A stretch of 64,000 nucleotides of DNA from a virus: positions 32,001-96,000 of the IMG/VR virus record IMGVR_UViG_3300033145_000192, one strand, 5' to 3'. How positions within the stretch are numbered: the stretch's first letter is position 1; each line of letters starts with the position of its first letter. Position numbers and translations under genes: made by a program. Shown here piece after piece: positions 15,276 to 23,665 of this stretch. The notes beneath the pieces are model-generated. The model did not search any database, was not told the origin of the DNA, and worked only from the letters and a program-made list of their open reading frames with translations.

Positions 15276-15700
15276 GGGTCATCATTTGCGGCAGTCGTGG
15301 CATTAAGGGACCAGAGGGCATGAAGCACGTAATGGACGCCATCAAGGCGAGCGGCTTTGTAGTGACCGAAGTTGTTACTGGTCAGGCCGAAGGTGTCGAT
15401 GAACTAGCTGATGCTTGGGCTAAAGAGGCTGGAATAGACAGAGTTGTTTTCCCAGGAAACTGGAAAGGCAAGGGCAAGTCTGCTGGCTATAAGCGCAATC
15501 AGAAAATGGCATGGTATGTGTCACTATTCATGGACCAGGACAATCCCCCAGAGAACCTCAAGGGTGGGTGCATTGCGGTCTGGAATGGTTCTTCTAGAGG
15601 AACTGGACACATGATTGACATAGCGACGGAGAATTGTCTTCCGCTATACGTTCACACCGTTAAGAAAGATGTGGAGGAAGCTGCTCCAGCGAGTTCCTAA
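15272..15700 (+). CDS. SLOG superfamily protein (DUF2493/YspA-like)
   Basis: MRVIICGSRG, VVTGQAEGVDELA, AGYKRNQKM, IAVWNGSSRGTGHMI. Confidence 0.85.
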   Translation: MRVIICGSRGIKGPEGMKHVMDAIKASGFVVTEVVTGQAEGVDELADAWAKEAGIDRVVFPGNWKGKGKSAGYKRNQKMAWYVSLFMDQDNPPENLKGGCIAVWNGSSRGTGHMIDIATENCLPLYVHTVKKDVEEAAPASS

Positions 15701-16055
15701 TATCACCAGGACCTTCGGTGACTTCTTTCACAACAGTATTTATCTTCACTTCACTACAATCAGACTTTTTAATGTATTCCGACATATGCTGGGTGAATAC
15801 CCTTCTTGTCCTATAGTCGAGACGATTCTTCGCCTCTTCTACCGACTGAATGGTATGAGACAACATATCTTCGATATCATCGGCACGCTTGGCTTCAGCC
15901 CTGGCCTTCCTCCATTCGAAGTATGCCTTCACCGCAGCCGCAATTGTCGTTAGAAGTAGGATAATTCCCTCTATACTCATGAGCTTTCCTCCGAAAGTTA
16001 ATACACACATGTTGACTTTCATAGAAGTCGCCCTATATTCAGAATGGCACAACAA
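15660..16055 (-). CDS. Hypothetical TM-anchored coiled-coil protein (true start probably MSIEG near 15980)
   Basis: ggagg RBS on the minus strand before MSIEGIILLLTT; single inverted gene in the array. Confidence 0.5.
   Translation of the reverse strand: MLCHSEYRATSMKVNMCVLTFGGKLMSIEGIILLLTTIAAAVKAYFEWRKARAEAKRADDIEDMLSHTIQSVEEAKNRLDYRTRRVFTQHMSEYIKKSDCSEVKINTVVKEVTEGPGDIRNSLEQLPPHLS
16012..16039 (+). promoter_or_regulatory. Sigma70-like promoter TTGACT-N16-TATATT
   Basis: 24/28 identical to 5737-5764. Confidence 0.65.
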
Positions 16056-16130
16056 GAAAGGTTACTCTCGGAGACTCCTTGTCAATCTCCAAAGCGTTAG
16101 ACTAAAATCAAACAATCAACCACGGGAGTT

Positions 16131-16322
16131 TTGATGAGTTACATTGACCATCCTGTTCTTTATACCGATGATTTTACTGACGACACTTGGCTATTGCTAA
16201 TGGAAAGGGCGAATGGTCGAGACGGATTCTGGAGACGGTATGCTAGGCGTAAAATGCGCCGTGCGGTTCGAGAACTTCTCAGAGGAGTTAGACCGCGAAT
16301 AGCAATGGGGTGGTGTAACTAA
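16131..16322 (+). CDS. Small basic hypothetical protein
   Basis: gggag RBS; Arg-rich C-terminus. Confidence 0.45.
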   Translation: MMSYIDHPVLYTDDFTDDTWLLLMERANGRDGFWRRYARRKMRRAVRELLRGVRPRIAMGWCN

Positions 16323-16588
16323 GAAATAAGAGAGCTTTGCGCTCTAGCTTTGCAAACTTTGTCATAAAAGGTGTTATACGCCTAGACCCGGCACGCTTGA
16401 CGCGCCCGTCTGCTTAACAACACAAACAACACATTAAAGAGAGCACTAAAGCGCGAAGCACTCATCCAAAATCGGAGGTTCGGTGTATAGAATTATCAGA
16501 TGGATACATACGAAATCGGGACGTTAAGACAGGTCGTAATGCGACAACGGGGTTTGTAGGTGCCCCTCGTGATTCCAAAACCTACTTT

Positions 16589-16661
16589 GCAGCCATGGTG
16601 TTTAACGGTAGCATGTGAGGCTTCCAACCTCTTGGTTCGGGTTCGAATCCCGATGGCTGCT
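16589..16661 (+). tRNA. tRNA-Gly(TCC)
   Basis: gcagcca/tggctgc; ct-TCC-aa; U73. Confidence 0.9.
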
Positions 16662-16799
16662 TATCGAATTGAGTCATCTATCACGTTACGGATGTCTCCG
16701 TCCTAGGTATTCTTGCCAAAAGACGTTCTCTTAGAAAGAAAATGAATTCGATGGGTTGGCGGCATTGTTCCAAGCAACTCCCTATCCAAGCCGCTATTT

Positions 16800-16871
16800 T
16801 GCTCTATGGTGTAACCGGCAGCACGGAAGACTCTGAATCTTTTAGTCTTGGTTCGAATCCAAGTAGAGCAG
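16800..16871 (+). tRNA. tRNA-Gln(CTG)
   Basis: tgctcta/tagagca; ct-CTG-aa. Confidence 0.9.
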
Positions 16872-17026
16872 TAATATGGAGGTGAGACGTGGAAGCATTC
16901 CTAGTGATTGTTGGATTGGTATTTATCGTTTGTCTTGTGGCCAACAGGGGACAAGAGAAAAGTGACGAAAAATACGAGAAGTATCTTGAAGAACTTGAAG
17001 CAGAACATGGTAAGTGGGATTAACAT

Positions 17027-17097
17027 TGCCTCATGATGTAAGGGCAGCATAGCAGACTTTGAATCTGTTTGTCTTGGTTCGAATCCAAGTGGGGCAG
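17027..17097 (+). tRNA. tRNA-Gln(TTG)
   Basis: tgcctca/tggggca; ct-TTG-aa. Confidence 0.9.
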
Positions 17098-17180
17098 TAG
17101 TGTGGTCCAGTCTAAATAAGTCACAGAAGCAGCGGGCAATTTCATGCATCAAGCACCACTGGTAAGTGACAGCCACACAT

Positions 17181-17252
17181 GCGGACGTAGCTCAACGGTA
17201 GAGCATCACGTTGCCAACGTGAAGGTTGCCGGTTCGAATCCGGTCGTCCGCT
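17181..17252 (+). tRNA. tRNA-Gly(GCC)
   Basis: Classic gcggacgtagctcaacggtagagc...ttGCCaa. Confidence 0.95.
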
Positions 17253-17270
17253 TCACAAGGGAGTATAGCA

Positions 17271-17744
17271 ATGGCGCGGATTAGCTTAGTGGTTTGTGAC
17301 TTGTGCAAAGAAAACATAGAGGGTGCTGCTGTTTACGGCATCGCCCTCATTCGCTATAATGACACAGGTGAGGAGTATAAGGAGAACAAGGGAGAGATTT
17401 GTCCGAATTGCTACCGCTCTCTGGTCAGCAGATTAAATAAAGAAGTGGAGCCTGCATCCTGGCTTCCTCCTCGCGCCCAGCAAGCCCCCAGCAATTCACG
17501 ACAATCCCTTCGCTGCGTCGGAGTGCAGGACGATGGGTCAGGAGTCGTCGGCGTGTCAGACGCCGTGGAGCGCCCGCCAGGTTCAAAAAAACTGTGCGAG
17601 GGCGAGTTCAAAGTGCCATCACAGGCGCATATAGTTCCAAGAGAGAAACCTAATTGTAAGCACGACCGCAAGAGTTTTGCGGATAACGGTGAACTCATTT
17701 GCTTAGAGTGTTCAGAGCTACTGGGGAAAGTGGAGAGTGCATGA
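17271..17744 (+). CDS. Hypothetical Zn-binding protein
   Basis: CDLC...CPNC...CKH...CLEC; gggag RBS. Confidence 0.6.
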   Translation: MARISLVVCDLCKENIEGAAVYGIALIRYNDTGEEYKENKGEICPNCYRSLVSRLNKEVEPASWLPPRAQQAPSNSRQSLRCVGVQDDGSGVVGVSDAVERPPGSKKLCEGEFKVPSQAHIVPREKPNCKHDRKSFADNGELICLECSELLGKVESA

Positions 17745-18055
17745 CAGAATACGAAGAATCCGACGAACCAGTCCTGTCTGAAGAAGATAGAGAATTCTTG
17801 ATAAAAGCAATGAAGGACATGGAAGTTTTGATAGAGTCTACCAGAGAACCGATGGACTCTAAAGTGCTAGGACTACTAGAGATAGCACACGATATGCTGT
17901 TTGAGCAAATCGAACTTGACAAATTCTATACATGGGGACCGGCGCTTGAAGTAGAGCACGCCAGCACTCACCAACCGGAAGGGAAGAAATTCCTTTTCAT
18001 CAAAGAAGAAGAGGAACCACCTTCAGCGGAGGAGCTAGAGAACTGGTTCAAATAG
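17741..18055 (+). CDS. Acidic hypothetical protein
   Basis: ATG overlaps the upstream stop; ggag RBS. Confidence 0.6.
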   Translation: MTEYEESDEPVLSEEDREFLIKAMKDMEVLIESTREPMDSKVLGLLEIAHDMLFEQIELDKFYTWGPALEVEHASTHQPEGKKFLFIKEEEEPPSAEELENWFK

Positions 18056-18063
18056 GAGATGAT

Positions 18064-18609
18064 ATGAATACTGCCCAAACTACAGATACCGTAACTAACG
18101 CACATAGAGCATTGGTGCTTAACACAGCATGGATGCCAATTGAGACTGTTACTTGGGAGGATGCATTCAAGATGGTCTTTAATGGTCGAGCAAAGGCCAT
18201 TGATTACTACGATGTTATCGTTCGCACTCCTAACGACGAGTTCTTCGTTCCTGCCGTATTGGTATTGAACGACTACTTCCAGGTTCCAAAGCGCACAGTC
18301 ATCTACTCCAAGAGGCTCGTTTGTGAGCGTGACAACTGGACGTGTCAATACTGCCGCAAGAAGCTAACGACCAAGTCAGCGACAATTGACCACGTTCGTC
18401 CTAGATGTCTTGGAGGCCGTAGTAATTTCGAGAACTGTGTTGCTAGCTGTGAGCCCTGTAACTCTCGTAAGGCAAACAAGCCTTTGAGCAGGACAAAGTT
18501 CAAGCTAATTAAGCAACCTCGTAGGCCATTCATCCATCCACTCCAGGGTAAAATCAAACAAGTCAGGCCAGAGTGGGAGCCTTACTTGGAGGCTATTCTG
18601 AAGCGATGA
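18064..18609 (+). CDS. HNH endonuclease
   Basis: LVLN..WMPI, RDNWTCQYC, TIDHVRPRCLGG, NCVASCEPCNSRK. Confidence 0.9.
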   Translation: MNTAQTTDTVTNAHRALVLNTAWMPIETVTWEDAFKMVFNGRAKAIDYYDVIVRTPNDEFFVPAVLVLNDYFQVPKRTVIYSKRLVCERDNWTCQYCRKKLTTKSATIDHVRPRCLGGRSNFENCVASCEPCNSRKANKPLSRTKFKLIKQPRRPFIHPLQGKIKQVRPEWEPYLEAILKR

Positions 18610-18771
18610 AATGTAAACTGACGGTCACAATAGGTGACGACAATTCTCTGTTGGTAGCACTAGATAACCCCGGTGAGGTGTCCCCCATGACTCTCGCCGG
18701 GGCTCTAGATTTGGTCAAATTGAGCTTGCATCAGCAAAGCCTTGATGCTATCGTAGAAGTCGATAAGGAGG

Positions 18772-19065
18772 TTGGAGATGACAGTTAAGCATATTCCATC
18801 AAACGCGGGGAAAAAGCCGCTTTCATATGACCCGGTAGAACTCGTGAAGAAGAGGCTTACCAAGGCTCTACGTCCTCATTTCAAAGGAAAGACTGCTGAA
18901 AAGCGTTTAGAAAAAGCCGTAAAGGATTCTATTGAAGCTATAGCGCCACTAATTACGACACAAGAAGTAACAGGCCAAAAGCTGGGTGGAACGGTTATGA
19001 CTGAAGCCGCTTCTTCCCGAAACCCCCACACAGGCAACTTCGGAGTTGCACCGAGGAATATATGA
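18772..19065 (+). CDS. Hypothetical protein
   Basis: 97 aa in an overlapping-stop run. Confidence 0.5.
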   Translation: MEMTVKHIPSNAGKKPLSYDPVELVKKRLTKALRPHFKGKTAEKRLEKAVKDSIEAIAPLITTQEVTGQKLGGTVMTEAASSRNPHTGNFGVAPRNI

Positions 19066-19394
19066 GCGACGAGAGCCACGAGTCGATTGACCAAGAGGCA
19101 TTGGATAAGCTAGAAGCCATGCGCGGTCAACTTCAAGAAACGGTTGATGAGTCGGGTGTTCCAGAGAAGCAAGGTGAGGTATTCCCGCTGGACATTGAGG
19201 ACCAACTCAGACTTGAGAATATGATGCTCAAGGAGTCACAATCCAAGATGGCAATTCAACTTGCGAATATGTCTGCCAAGGAGGCACGAGATGTATTCCA
19301 ACGACACATACTTGCAAAGCATGGAATTGACCCAACTATGTTCACATTCCAGATAGACCCAGGCGACAAGACGCTAATCATCTCGCCCAAGTAA
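19062..19394 (+). CDS. Hypothetical protein
   Basis: 110 aa; gagg RBS. Confidence 0.55.
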   Translation: MSDESHESIDQEALDKLEAMRGQLQETVDESGVPEKQGEVFPLDIEDQLRLENMMLKESQSKMAIQLANMSAKEARDVFQRHILAKHGIDPTMFTFQIDPGDKTLIISPK

Positions 19395-19684
19395 TGCCCG
19401 CAGAGTGCGCCGCAAACGAGTGTTCTTCCAAAAATGACAATACCGCCCACTATTCTAAGGATTGGGGCGGTGTTCGTTATTACTGCGTTGACTGTTGGCC
19501 CAATGCAATGGCTTTCTTTACCCAAGTCAGCCGATGTAAGGAGTGCGTGATAAATCACCACGCAGCCTATGACCCCGACACGCGCACGAAGCACACCGTC
19601 AAATTCCTAGGCAAATTCTACGAATTGTGCGCTGAACATCTAGGGGTATATGATGAGGCGGTGGATTATTTTAACGCCTCTTGA
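19394..19684 (+). CDS. Cys/His-rich hypothetical protein
   Basis: Several CxxC pairs; last + strand gene before the strand switch. Confidence 0.5.
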   Translation: MPAECAANECSSKNDNTAHYSKDWGGVRYYCVDCWPNAMAFFTQVSRCKECVINHHAAYDPDTRTKHTVKFLGKFYELCAEHLGVYDEAVDYFNAS

Positions 19685-20273
19685 CTCGCTTGATATGTGT
19701 GCTGCACAGGCGCTTCTCGCTAGAAGTTAGCGGGGCAAATAGCTTCTTTTGATTTAGGAAGCGTGGGTTCTTGAGCGTGATATGGGTTGGTTGGATTGAC
19801 ATTCTCCAATCATTCCTGTTTTCCCAACTCCACTTAATACTCATCATGTAGCCTAGAGCGCCTTTCAAATACGACTTCTTGTCGAATTTCACCCCAAGCT
19901 CTGTGCCAGCGATGTATCCCCTGACCTCTGCATCCCATTCAATCCACAACATCGAATTACGTGCGGCCTTCCATTCGTTGTCTGTAAGCTCACAGCGTCC
20001 GTGAATCCATTCCCAGTGGATATCGTAGGTTTGACACACAGCCTCTATTGCTGGAAGGAATCCATCCAGCCATTGAAGGTAATGTCCGTATTCATGGAGA
20101 AGTGTAGCGGTCTTTTTCTTAATAGTATCCCGCCTGGTGGCCATAACGATGATAGGCCCCGCCTCGGTCACTGTGAACGTGCCTGCGGAGCCCTCAACGT
20201 AGTCGCGGTTTTTGTATATTCGAATTCTACACCCCTCGCTTTTAACATGAGCGATGAGTTCATCGAATGTCAT
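19671..20273 (-). CDS. Protein with HEYGH zinc-metallopeptidase-like motif (ImmA/IrrE-like)
   Basis: ATLLHEYGH...EWDAE. Confidence 0.6.
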   Translation of the reverse strand: MTFDELIAHVKSEGCRIRIYKNRDYVEGSAGTFTVTEAGPIIVMATRRDTIKKKTATLLHEYGHYLQWLDGFLPAIEAVCQTYDIHWEWIHGRCELTDNEWKAARNSMLWIEWDAEVRGYIAGTELGVKFDKKSYLKGALGYMMSIKWSWENRNDWRMSIQPTHITLKNPRFLNQKKLFAPLTSSEKRLCSTHIKRVKRR

Positions 20274-20698
20274 TAGCTCTCCTGTTGACCACCCATCCTA
20301 TTAGGTGCGCGAGTTGCTGTGTCAGTCCCATATGGAATGTATGTTTGCTTCCTAGCAATATACTTCAAAAGTGGGGTTCTTTCATCATCTAGGTTATAGT
20401 AGGCGGTAACAGATACGTCTCCCGCCACATCTACATACCCATTCAGCCCGCTGCCAATCGTGAGTCTCAAACCATCCTTGCCACCAACGTCATCCCAAAC
20501 GAATGTTCCAGAACCAGGAATTGGAATTGGGGAACAAATCGGTGCAGCATTGTCTCTGAGCGTAAGAACTCGGACTCCAGCCTCTTGGTTGACGGCTACA
20601 ATCTGAGTAAGCACTGGAGCAAATCCGCTCGCAGCAACGATGATAGGAGTTCCAGAAGGAAAGAGAGTATTTACTGTCGCAATTGCAGTGTTTGTCAT
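20273..20698 (-). CDS. Putative virion protein
   Basis: 141 aa, beta-rich; in the contiguous operon 23019-19671. Confidence 0.5.
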   Translation of the reverse strand: MTNTAIATVNTLFPSGTPIIVAASGFAPVLTQIVAVNQEAGVRVLTLRDNAAPICSPIPIPGSGTFVWDDVGGKDGLRLTIGSGLNGYVDVAGDVSVTAYYNLDDERTPLLKYIARKQTYIPYGTDTATRAPNRMGGQQES

Positions 20699-20728
20699 GT
20701 GTCCACCTCTTAACTATTGATTAGCGGA

Positions 20729-21172
20729 CTATACCCTGTCAATTAGTCCAGCATCGCCTGCGCCATCGCTGGCACTGTTGCGTCTGACAATCCTTCTACC
20801 AGTGTTTACTGTGTGTTCCTGTGGCTTGTCTGGGGATAGAGCCGTTGGGACTACTGGATTTGTCTTGTTACCTGCTAGGTCAACCTTGAGCGAACGAGCC
20901 TGGACCAAGTCCTCTCGTGGTGCTCTCGCGTCAACAACTCTACCAGGCAATGTCATTCCGACGACCTTCTCTTCGTAATACGTGACTACGCCACTTTGCG
21001 TAACAATACTACCAGACCCAATTGCTCTAACTGGGGCAGCGGTTACGATGCGGTTAGGAATGTCATCATTGGCAGCAGTCTTAACGATATGTCTGCCCTG
21101 ATTACGGAATGCATAGTTAGCCGTAGCATACTTGTTAACTACAGCAATACCATTTCCACTTAATGAACCCAT
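20729..21172 (-). CDS. MGS-start paralogue 3, putative virion protein
   Basis: MGSLSG start; shares TQSGVV and RRIVRRNS..DG segments with its neighbours. Confidence 0.55.
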   Translation of the reverse strand: MGSLSGNGIAVVNKYATANYAFRNQGRHIVKTAANDDIPNRIVTAAPVRAIGSGSIVTQSGVVTYYEEKVVGMTLPGRVVDARAPREDLVQARSLKVDLAGNKTNPVVPTALSPDKPQEHTVNTGRRIVRRNSASDGAGDAGLIDRV

Positions 21173-21184
21173 TTTTCACTCTCC

Positions 21185-21709
21185 TTATTCGGTGTCGTAT
21201 GGTGTGATGTCAGTATCGGTTGTGCCATCAGCACCACCAACTGCAATACCAGTGGCATCAAAAATATCTGGGTCTGACTGGTTAGCAGCCGCAAGATTTC
21301 TGTCATTGTCGTTGAAGAACACCTTGCGCTCCAAGACAGTTCTCATAGGTGCAGTTGATACTACGCCGCTTTGTGCTACACCAGCAACCCTGTCACTAAT
21401 GGATGTATGAACACCCAAAGCTCTTGTTACCTTATGCACCGGCTGTGCCGCAAAATCACCATCTGGGTCGGTAAACTTCAAATACTCTTGGCTATGGTCA
21501 GCAGTTCTCTGTGCATTCGTCATGTCATCAGGGCAAAACCTGAGTGGGTCAGTCAACGGAGTTGTGCTGATAATACCCGTGCTAGGAACACTGGCCGTTT
21601 GCTCATCGACTTGCGAATTTCTCGTCTTGACGACATTGGCACGGCTATAGTTCCACAGGATGTTATTCGCCTGTGTAATGCGAGTTCCATCTGAATTTCG
21701 GCTACCCAT
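21185..21709 (-). CDS. MGS-start paralogue 2, putative virion protein
   Basis: MGSRNS start; AQSGVV, NDNDRNL. Confidence 0.55.
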   Translation of the reverse strand: MGSRNSDGTRITQANNILWNYSRANVVKTRNSQVDEQTASVPSTGIISTTPLTDPLRFCPDDMTNAQRTADHSQEYLKFTDPDGDFAAQPVHKVTRALGVHTSISDRVAGVAQSGVVSTAPMRTVLERKVFFNDNDRNLAAANQSDPDIFDATGIAVGGADGTTDTDITPYDTE

Positions 21710-21717
21710 GATGTCTC

Positions 21718-22125
21718 CTAGCTGTTTTTTCTAGCGACCAGGCCATCATTATCACTGTTTCTGATAACGACACGAGCGCCGGTTTGCATAGCCCTGTATT
21801 GGCTTACACCCTTATTGGCAATTTCTTCCTCAATGGCTGAGGTGGGCACGTATCTCGCACCCACTCTTCCATGGAGTCCATCATTATCACTCTGCGCAAC
21901 CTTTTGCTTATGAGCAAGGCCGATAGTAGAGCGTTGAACAACCTGAACGTCGGGTTGGGTTCCTAATGCAGCGGAATCTCTAGCGTGCAGAGGCGTGTCT
22001 GCCTTGGTGCTTTGTGACCTTGAAAAAGGCACACCAGAGGCAATAACCTGCCTTTGCCCAATGTTATACACACTGGCATTATGTTTTGGAACTACTGAAA
22101 CCCCAGTGGCATTTCTAGAACCCAT
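21718..22125 (-). CDS. MGS-start paralogue 1, putative virion protein
   Basis: MGSRNA start; internal repeat QSDNDGL / NSDNDGL. Confidence 0.55.
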   Translation of the reverse strand: MGSRNATGVSVVPKHNASVYNIGQRQVIASGVPFSRSQSTKADTPLHARDSAALGTQPDVQVVQRSTIGLAHKQKVAQSDNDGLHGRVGARYVPTSAIEEEIANKGVSQYRAMQTGARVVIRNSDNDGLVARKNS

Positions 22126-22139
22126 AAATCACCCCTATC

Positions 22140-22724
22140 TTAGCTATATAGAGGAATGTGGTAAACGCCGCCGTTAACAGTTACTTCTAGCCAATCACCA
22201 CAGTCAACGGAGCCAACTCCGGATGGACCGTTAGGGATAGGTGCAACTGGGCCAGCGCCAGATTCCGTAATTCTATTGTAGGTTGCGGACTGCGTAACTA
22301 CTAGACCGGACATCTGTGCGATATTGGAAATGTCTGCGGTGACCGCATCGACAGAACCAGTAACGTCTACACCGGACATAGTTGCCTGGTTTGTTACGGC
22401 TAGCGTGACGAGTGAAGCGCCACCAGTTACGGACAAACCGGATGCAGTTGCTAGGTTAGCAATAACTGCTGTTGGTGTGCCGAGATAGGCTGGCGTGATT
22501 GCTCCAAGACCAATCTCAATCGCTCCACCGCCAGCGTTAACAACCGTTACGCCTTGGGCTCCAGAGATATCGCCAGAAATACTGGCAACTCCATAACCCT
22601 TGGTTAGTAGGTCGTTATCTTCATCAGGTGCAGTCGTTGTCTTGTTTAGCAACCTTTTGATGTTTTCCTTTGAAATCTTACTCATTTTAACCCTCCGAAG
22701 GTAGTCTTTCGAGGCGTCTTTCAA
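22140..22724 (-). CDS. Gly/Ala/Thr/Val-rich fibre- or decoration-like protein
   Basis: Repeats ASGLSVT, MSGVDVT, MSGLVVT; C-terminal WLEVTVNGGVYHIPLY. Confidence 0.55.
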   Translation of the reverse strand: MKDASKDYLRRVKMSKISKENIKRLLNKTTTAPDEDNDLLTKGYGVASISGDISGAQGVTVVNAGGGAIEIGLGAITPAYLGTPTAVIANLATASGLSVTGGASLVTLAVTNQATMSGVDVTGSVDAVTADISNIAQMSGLVVTQSATYNRITESGAGPVAPIPNGPSGVGSVDCGDWLEVTVNGGVYHIPLYS

Positions 22725-23019
22725 GCCTCTCGATTATGGACAAAGTCTTATTCTGGGTTTCACCCATAGCATACAACTTATCGGTAACTTCCTTTTGTGT
22801 CTCCGCCCAACTTCGGGGCACATACCACAAGGGCACTCCATCCATATCATAATGCGTATGGAGGTCATATAGGGTTTTAAGCATCATCTGTTGTTCTTCG
22901 CTAAGGTAATTCTTATCCTTTTCGGAGAACTTGTTGATGAGAAGCTTAACTAGCCCTATAAGCCCTTCCACGACACATACGACAATTGCTACTATAGCAG
23001 CGATAATCCCTGTTGACAT
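22687..23019 (-). CDS. N-terminal TM protein with coiled-coil tail
   Basis: First gene after the putative late promoter; ggag RBS. Confidence 0.55.
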   Translation of the reverse strand: MSTGIIAAIVAIVVCVVEGLIGLVKLLINKFSEKDKNYLSEEQQMMLKTLYDLHTHYDMDGVPLWYVPRSWAETQKEVTDKLYAMGETQNKTLSIIERLERRLERLPSEG

Positions 23020-23086
23020 GGCAACTCCTCTGTTTTATACACCAGAGATTGAAAATCACCACCCAAGAAGATTTTTCGGTGGCTAC

Positions 23087-23102
23087 TATTTATACACCGA
23101 AC
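23087..23102 (-). promoter_or_regulatory. Putative phage late promoter GTTCGGTGTATAAATA
   Basis: Identical to 5104-5119; partial second copy GGTGTATAA at 23035-23043. Confidence 0.6.
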
Positions 23103-23103
23103 A

Positions 23104-23553
23104 CTACCATCTTAGAATAATTTCTAGTGCGCGAGTGAATGCGACCATAAGAAGCTCTACTTCATCTAACCCAATTGGGAGTGATGCTCGCTTAAGCTCT
23201 TCACCTTCTTTCGAACTTATGGATAGATAGTAGCTTCGATAGTCAGTCTGCCACTTTAGCTCGATTGTTTTCGTGCCTCTGTCATTCTTGTGAAACAACT
23301 TGAGTGGGGCACCTGGGCTATCGAGGCGGAAATATGCCATCATCTTAGTGATGTCAGCAATTCCGAGCTTTACGACGATTTTCGTATTTACCCAGTCATA
23401 TGGCTTGTCGCTTGCCATTGGGGCGGTCTGCTTTGCGACTTCCAGAAACATGCAATCATTTCGATTTCCTAGCTTAAATTGCGCAACTCCTCCGGTTTGC
23501 TTCTTGTTAGGCTTGTAAATCGCAACATCACGTCTTCTCTCGTTTTCTTCCAT
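23104..23553 (-). CDS. Putative ssDNA-binding protein (Whirly/PC4-like, tentative)
   Basis: Start MEENERR with ggag RBS; beta-strand/helix alternation, LFHKND, YYLSIS. Confidence 0.4.
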   Translation of the reverse strand: MEENERRRDVAIYKPNKKQTGGVAQFKLGNRNDCMFLEVAKQTAPMASDKPYDWVNTKIVVKLGIADITKMMAYFRLDSPGAPLKLFHKNDRGTKTIELKWQTDYRSYYLSISSKEGEELKRASLPIGLDEVELLMVAFTRALEIILRW

Positions 23554-23602
23554 TTTTAACTCCTTATAAACTGCGAGGTTACAGACTTTTACGTCCACAG
23601 GT

Positions 23603-23631
23603 AGTATAGCAGGAAGTTGACCGAGCGGCAA
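23603..23631 (-). promoter_or_regulatory. Sigma70-like promoter TTGCCG-N17-TATACT
   Basis: Sits between the terminator and ATG 23553. Confidence 0.55.
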
Positions 23632-23636
23632 GGCCA

Positions 23637-23662
23637 AAAAAAAAGGCCGCCGAAGCGACCTT
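23637..23662 (-). terminator. Intrinsic terminator
   Basis: Minus strand aaggtcgc-TTCG-gcggcctt followed by a T-run. Confidence 0.85.
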
Positions 23663-23665
23663 TCT

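Noticed and set aside
16323-16588. tmRNA
   Set aside because: No GGGGC...GATTCGAC 5' end, no T-arm/CCA 3' end, and no tag ending in an ALAA-like peptide
1900-17176. ORF-track calls antisense to or across tRNAs (e.g. 1900-2277, 4153-4359, 9342-9728, 12187-12399, 16901-17176)
   Set aside because: They are translations of tRNA reverse complements (GLEP/GFEP-type peptides), not genes
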